Source: Macrostomum lignano (lineage: Eukaryota). Taken from it: a stretch of 64,000 bases of DNA. The translations under genes and the position numbers were made by a program. The stretch spans positions 62,001 to 126,000 of the forward strand of contig NIVC01001793.1 in NCBI GenBank assembly GCA_002269645.1. The letters are read 5' to 3'. This document shows positions 58,791 through 64,000 of the stretch, in pieces. How positions within the stretch are numbered: the stretch's first letter is position 1; each line of letters starts with the position of its first letter. The notes under the pieces are model-generated. The model made no database searches and was not told the origin of the DNA. It saw only the letters and a list, made by a program, of their open reading frames with translations.

Positions 58791-59290
58791 GGGGGCCGTA
58801 GCCCAGTGGTCTAGTACGGCGTCTGATGTGCCAGCAGCCCAGGCTCGATTCCCAGTGCAGTCCAAATAAACTTAGGGCTAAATTGGAATCTCGACTTGGC
58901 TCTGCTCGTGCAGTTAACGCCAACCCATTGAGGGCCAACCCCCAAAGCACAGTGAAGTGTACATGCCTAATTAATGATAAATAAAGTTAGGGCCGCTGTA
59001 CACTCCTGTGTGAATGTGTGCTTGTGCGTATGACTGCGTACGTATCCGCGCGCTTGTGTGCCTGCTTTAACAAACCAGAAATTTCACAAAGTCGAATAGT
59101 CTCCTATCTCTCCTGTGTATTTCGAAACTGTGAAGCTTTTGGTTGATGAAATTTCGGGTTTGTGAAATTTCAGGTCTGTCAAATTTCGGGTCTGTGAAAC
59201 GACCCCCAGTAATGCCTCTTGCCGGTTGTGTAACAATGTCGCTTAAAGTGCGCCAGGGTGCATAGAACCCCCTCTCTCTAATAAAAAAAT
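58791..59290 (+). mobile_element. tRNA-derived SINE, most complete copy, with an ~135-bp internal insertion (~59068-59203)
   Basis: A box TAGCCCAGTGG (58799-58809), B box GGCTCGATTCC (58842-58852); body shared with 39721-40068; A-rich tail ctctaataaaaaaataaa. Confidence 0.78.
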
Positions 59291-59719
59291 AAATGTGTGC
59301 CATGCGTGGTTAATAAGTAAACTAATCTTTAATCTTCGTTAACCGAAAAGCTGCTCTGCCTCCTATTGTAAAACGGTGGGTACGTTGTCTATAATAAAAA
59401 AGGTCAAAAAGCACTAGAAAAATTAAATCCTTACCCAGACGAAATTCTTGAATTCAAGTCGAGCTACGACGAAATTTAAAATCGAAGGGCGCAATTCTAT
59501 CTTAATAACTGGTGGGCAAACTGTTGATAAGCTGCAGGGACTGAAGAACTGTAGCTTTACATGTAAATACGGCTGAGGGCGGTTGTGCACGCCACAGCTT
59601 TAGCAATCATTGGCTCTGAGTGCCATTGCATGCAATATGGTTTTATATCTGTACAGTATAACACTACAGTTTAAATGATTTCGCGCTGCAGATGACGGGA
59701 GTTAAGTTGCGGACATGTT

Positions 59720-59762
<43 letters not shown>

Positions 59763-60044
59763 GGAAGCCAGAAAATGCGCAGTCTACATGTAAGTGCGAT
59801 CTGTGTGTTCAGTTTGGAGTCACCATTACAGTAATTTCTATTAAGCCTTGAAAAGCATAGCAACTGATATGTGCAGCTTCAGTCGCAGCTAGTACGAGTA
59901 GCGAAGATTGGCATTGACAGCTATTAAATATGCAGCATGGACAACTAACTATTAACAGCTTAACACTTAAAATCGTTTTTTTGCAGTTTTGTCCAGTTTA
60001 TTAAGAGCTAAATTAATTATGTTTCACCTTCTGGACTGTCGGAT

Positions 60045-60405
60045 TACAGAATCAGAATGGGGGAATCGGAATGGGGGAATCGGAATGGGGGAATCGGAAT
60101 GGGGGAATCGGAATTGGGGAATCGGAATTGGGGAATCGGAATGGGGGAATCGGAATTGGGGAATCGGAATGGGGGAATCAGAATGGGGGAACCGGAAGGG
60201 AGGAATCGGAATGGAGGAATCGGAATGGGGGAATCGGAATGGGGGAATCGGAATTGGGGAACCGGAAGGGCGGAATCGGAATGGGGGAATCACTCGTAAA
60301 ATGGGGAATCGGAATGGGGGATCAGAATGGGGGAATTAGCTCGTAGAATGGCGGAATCGGAATTGGGGAATCGGAAGGGCGGAATCGGAATGGGGAACCG
60401 GAGAT
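60045..60405. repeat. 15-bp minisatellite (GAATCGGAATGGGGG)
   Basis: Tandem units visible. Confidence 0.93.
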
Positions 60406-61198
60406 TGAAAATTAAAGTTGAATAAGTACTTTAGGACTTTTGAGAGTACATAGTTCAAGCAGTTCTTCATAGGATTATGCATTTATAATATGATAATTCC
60501 TTGCGTTATAACATTAGATTTATTTCGATTTTGTGGACACAAATATGAGCCAATTAGGGTTTTAGAAACGACGATATTAACAAAAAGAAGAAAATCAGCA
60601 AATATTTCTATTTATACTCACAATTGAATAATTTTGTTCCTGAATATGAATTAATCAGTGCGAATCAGAATAATTAATCAATTCATTTCAGCTTTTCATT
60701 CATTTAAATATTTTCATTGATCCGTCACATTCACAATTTAGCAGCAGTAATTGTCCTAGGCTATTGCTACCACAGTCACTGATAATAACTTGATGGGCCA
60801 CTCAGCACGTTTGCGTGTAAGCTACTTTCAGTAGAGTAGCAGAACGTTGAATAGAACCGTTTTATTGACCCCCAGCTGAACCCCTCCGACCCTCCACCCC
60901 AAACTTCTACCCCCGCCCCAGCCCCCAATTTTTATTGCCTTCCTAGCGTGGTGTTCCAGCGGTCCAGCTTAAAGCTGCCTGCCATGTACATTTTAGCAAG
61001 AAGCTGTGTAGGTCTACAAGTCACTCTAACTGCTTTTCTTTTATAAAATAGCTAACATATTCTTACTTACTACTGAACTGAAGCTAAAGGAACTGTTTTA
61101 CCAAACTATAACTAGGGGCCCATGCAGTTATTATAACATCTGCTATTAATACTCAGTAATCAGCAGGCATTCCAGACAGAGAAGCTCTCCAGACGCTT

Positions 61199-62614
61199 TT
61201 AGAAGACATCGCAGCGTTTCTCCGGGCTGAGGCGGCTTCCCCGCTTACAGCTGAAGGTGCGCCCGAATTCCGGCACGTGTGAAATGGCCGCGTTCACCCT
61301 GCGGACAAGTTGGTGAATTTCGGACAACTATTAATTTCAAATCTTTTAATTGGTTGGATATTCTCGCTTTTCTACTCTAAGTAGCTAAGCTTAGGAAGGC
61401 GAAAATTTTCTTTTTACTTACAAAATTTTCCACGGGAACCAGTTTCGACGCCACGACCTATAGTCGTAATAGACACCAATGTGATGACAGTTCATCTGCA
61501 GTTATAAGGGAGCATCCAGGCATCAAAACTTTATTATATCGAGACATACTGTAAGACAGGTTTGAGCAGTTACAGCACAAAATAGGTTTGAAGACAGACT
61601 AAAAGACAGAAGAGTATAAGACAGGCTAAAAGACAGAAGAAAGACTATAAGACGGGCTATAAGACAGGCTAGAAGACAGACTATAAGACAGAAGACAGGC
61701 TATGAGACAGGCTAGAAGTCAGAAGACAGGCTATGAGACAGGCTAGAAGACAGACTATAAGACAGAAGACAACAGGCTATGAGACAGGCTAGAAGATAGA
61801 CTATAAGACAGAAGACAGGCTATGAGACAGGCTAGAAGACAGACTATAAGACAGAAGACAGGCTATGAGACAGGCTAGAAGACAGACTATAAGACAGAAG
61901 ACAGGCTATGAGACAGGCTAGAAGACAGACTATAAGACAGAAGACAGGCTATGAGACAGGCTAGAAAACAGACTATAAGACAGAAGACAGGCTATGAGAC
62001 AGGCTAGAAGACAGACTATAAGACAGAAGACAGGCTATGAGACAGGCTAGAAGATAGACTATAAGACAGAAGACATGCTATGAGACAGGCTGGTAGATAG
62101 ACTATAAGACAGAAGACAGGCTATGAGACAGGCTGGTAGATAGACTATAAGACAGAAGACATGCTATGAGACAGGCTGGTAGATAGACTATAAGACAGAA
62201 GACAGGCTATGAGACAGGCTAGAAGACAGACTATAAGACAGAAGACAGGCTATGAGACAGGCTAGAAGACAGACTATAAGACAGAAGACAGGCTATGAGA
62301 CAGGCTAGAAGACAGACTATAAGACAGAAGACAGGCTATGAGACAGGTTAGAAGATAGACTATAAGACAGAAGACAGGCTATAAGACAGGTTAGAAAACT
62401 GTTCGACAAATACTCATAGCTAATCACAGCTCACCTGAGCATAGGAGATGTAAAACATCTGCTCCTCGGTGTTGTCATACACAGGCAGCCTGACGTGGGT
62501 CGAGTCCACGTCATTCTTGTGCACGTCAAACGCTCTCCTGGCACTTTTGATCGCTCCAATTTCTACGGCCGTCCAATTGACGCTGTTCTTCAACAGATCT
62601 TTAATCTTCTGCTC
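61199..62614 (-). CDS. Neprilysin/M13 peptidase-like protein, last three exons (62614-62435, 61495-61422, 61298-61199); the rest lies off the right edge
   Basis: Not in the ORF track. Spliced product EQKIKDLLKNSVNWTAVEIGAIKSARRAF...RLPVYDNTEEQMFYISYAQ|MNCHHIGVYYDYRSWRRNWFPWKIL|VNAAISHVPEFGRTFSCKRGSRLSPEKRCDVF* matches the M13 C-terminal pattern LPG...EQLFFxSYAQxWC...RV.....EF...F.C..GS.MNP..KC.VW*. GT-AG introns in phases 0 and 2. Confidence 0.85.
61560..62398. repeat. 43-bp minisatellite filling the M13-like gene intron
   Basis: Unit AGACAGACTATAAGACAGAAGACAGGCTATGAGACAGGCTAGA. Confidence 0.95.
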
Positions 62615-62904
62615 CTAGAAGAAGAATAATGACATGATGGAAACATTAACATACTTTTCGCCGGGATTATATTGTCGGTAGGGATGTTGCACCCTTAGGA
62701 AAGTTGTGCCATTAGTGCTAACACTGTATATATTAATTTAGAAATGTTATAATGCATAATCTAGTAGAAATTGACTTCAATTGAAACATATAATCAAGTA
62801 GCAAGTAAATTTCTCTATTTATTGCATTGTATATTGTTAGAATTATAGTGGCGTAAAGTTTTGAGCAAATGCGCATGTACTAGTAGATGTATGTACATGT
62901 AAAG

Positions 62905-63010
62905 CAGAGGTCGGCAAAATCCGACCCGCGGGCCACATGCGGCCCGCCAAGCCTCTCTATCCGGTCCTCAGTGCCTTTGAAACTTCACAATAGCAATCCG
63001 GCCCGCTCAA
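62905..63010 (+). mobile_element. hAT/Charlie-like element left terminus
   Basis: CAGAGGTCGGCAAAATCCGACCCGCGGGCCACATGCGGCCCG resembles Charlie-type ends; the partner TIR is not seen in the window. Confidence 0.55.
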
Positions 63011-63039
63011 GGTTTGTGTCTTCTCCGCTACTTCTCCAT

Positions 63040-64000
63040 TCTCTTCTCTCTCTTCTCTTCTCTCTCTTCTCTTCTCTCTTCTTCTCTCTTCTCTCTTCTC
63101 CCTTCTCCTTTCTTTTACCTCCTCTCCCCTCTCTCCTCTCCTCTTTCTTCTCTCCTCTTCCCTCCTCTTCTCTCTTCTCCCTTCTCTACCCTCCTCTCCC
63201 TTCCCTCGTCTCATCTCCCTCCTCTCCTCTCCTCTCCTCTCCCTCCTCTCCTCTCCTCTCCTCTCCCTCCTCTCCTCTCCTCCCTCTCCCTTCTTTTCTC
63301 TCCCTCCTCTCCTCTCCTCTCCTCTCCCTCCTCTCCTCTCCTCCCTCTCCCTTCTTTTCTCTCCCTCCTCTCCTCTCCTCTCCTCTCCCTCCTCTCCTCT
63401 CCTCTCCTCTCCTCCCTCTCCCTCCTCTCCTCTCCTCTCCTCTCCTCCTCTCCCTTCTTTTCTCTCCCTTCTCTCCTCTCCTCTCCTCTCCCTCCTCTCC
63501 TCTCCTCTCCTCTCCTCCCTCTCCCTTCTTTTCTCTCCCTTCTCTCCTCTCCTCTCCTCCCTCTCCCTTCTTTTCTCTCCCTCCTCTCCTCTCCTCTCCT
63601 CTCCCTCCTCTCCTCTCCTCCCTCTCCCTTCTTTTCTCTCCCTTCTCTCCTCTCCTCTCCTCTCCCTCCTCTCCTCTCCTCTCCTCTCCTCTCCTCTCCT
63701 CTCCTCTCCTCCCTCTCCCTTCTTTTCTCTCCCTTCTCTCCTCTCCTCTCCTCTCCTCTCCTCTCCTCCCTCTCCCTTCTTTTCTCTCCCTTCTCTCCTC
63801 TCCTCTCCTCTCCCTCCTCTCCTCTCCTCTCCTCTCCTCTCCTCTCCTCCCTCTCCCTTCTTTTCTCTCCCTTCTCTCCTCTCCTCTCCTCTCCTCTCCT
63901 CTCCTCTCCTCTCCTCCCTCTCCCTTCTTTTCTCTCCCTTCTCTCCTCTCCTCTCCTCTCCTCTCCTCCCTCTCCCTTCTCTCCTCTCCTCTATTCTCTC
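63040..64000. repeat. ~1-kb polypyrimidine (CTCTC/CCT-rich) low-complexity tract, runs off the edge
   Basis: Almost only C and T on the plus strand. Confidence 0.97.

Noticed and set aside
58791-58865. Functional tRNA gene
   Set aside because: A and B boxes are present but acceptor, anticodon and T stems do not pair; it continues into a repeat body, so it is a SINE head.

Overview
Eukaryotic (invertebrate animal) genomic DNA with spliceosomal introns and dense repeats. The style (GC-rich exons, introns filled with minisatellites, TTAGGG) would fit a free-living flatworm such as a macrostomid, but that is inference only. Genes reconstructed by hand from splice sites and protein similarity: on the minus strand, the 5' part of a BARD1-like RING+ankyrin gene, complete GALT (4 exons), SLC25A42 (2 exons) and ABHD17 (3 exons), a short SART3-like HAT-repeat fragment, and the last 3 exons of a neprilysin/M13-like gene lacking the Glu zinc ligand; on the plus strand, a 3-exon secreted prohormone encoding ten KR-flanked AALADF/AALSDF/ASLADF peptides, His-rich spacers and a C-terminal two-Cys peptide. 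Mobile DNA: two DD34D mariners, an internally deleted Ty3/Gypsy with LTRs and a tRNA-Ser(GCU) PBS, a probable non-autonomous Helitron family carrying TTAGGG tracts and a 3.5-kb minisatellite, hAT-type MITEs with 8-bp TSDs, a tRNA-derived SINE family, a 5'-truncated LINE, and a MITE that contains a degenerate 28S rRNA fragment spanning the R2 retrotransposon target site. About 20 distinct minisatellite arrays account for most of the long ORFs in the track. No CRISPR, rRNA operon or functional tRNA gene was found. All family assignments come from motif recognition by eye; no database search was run.
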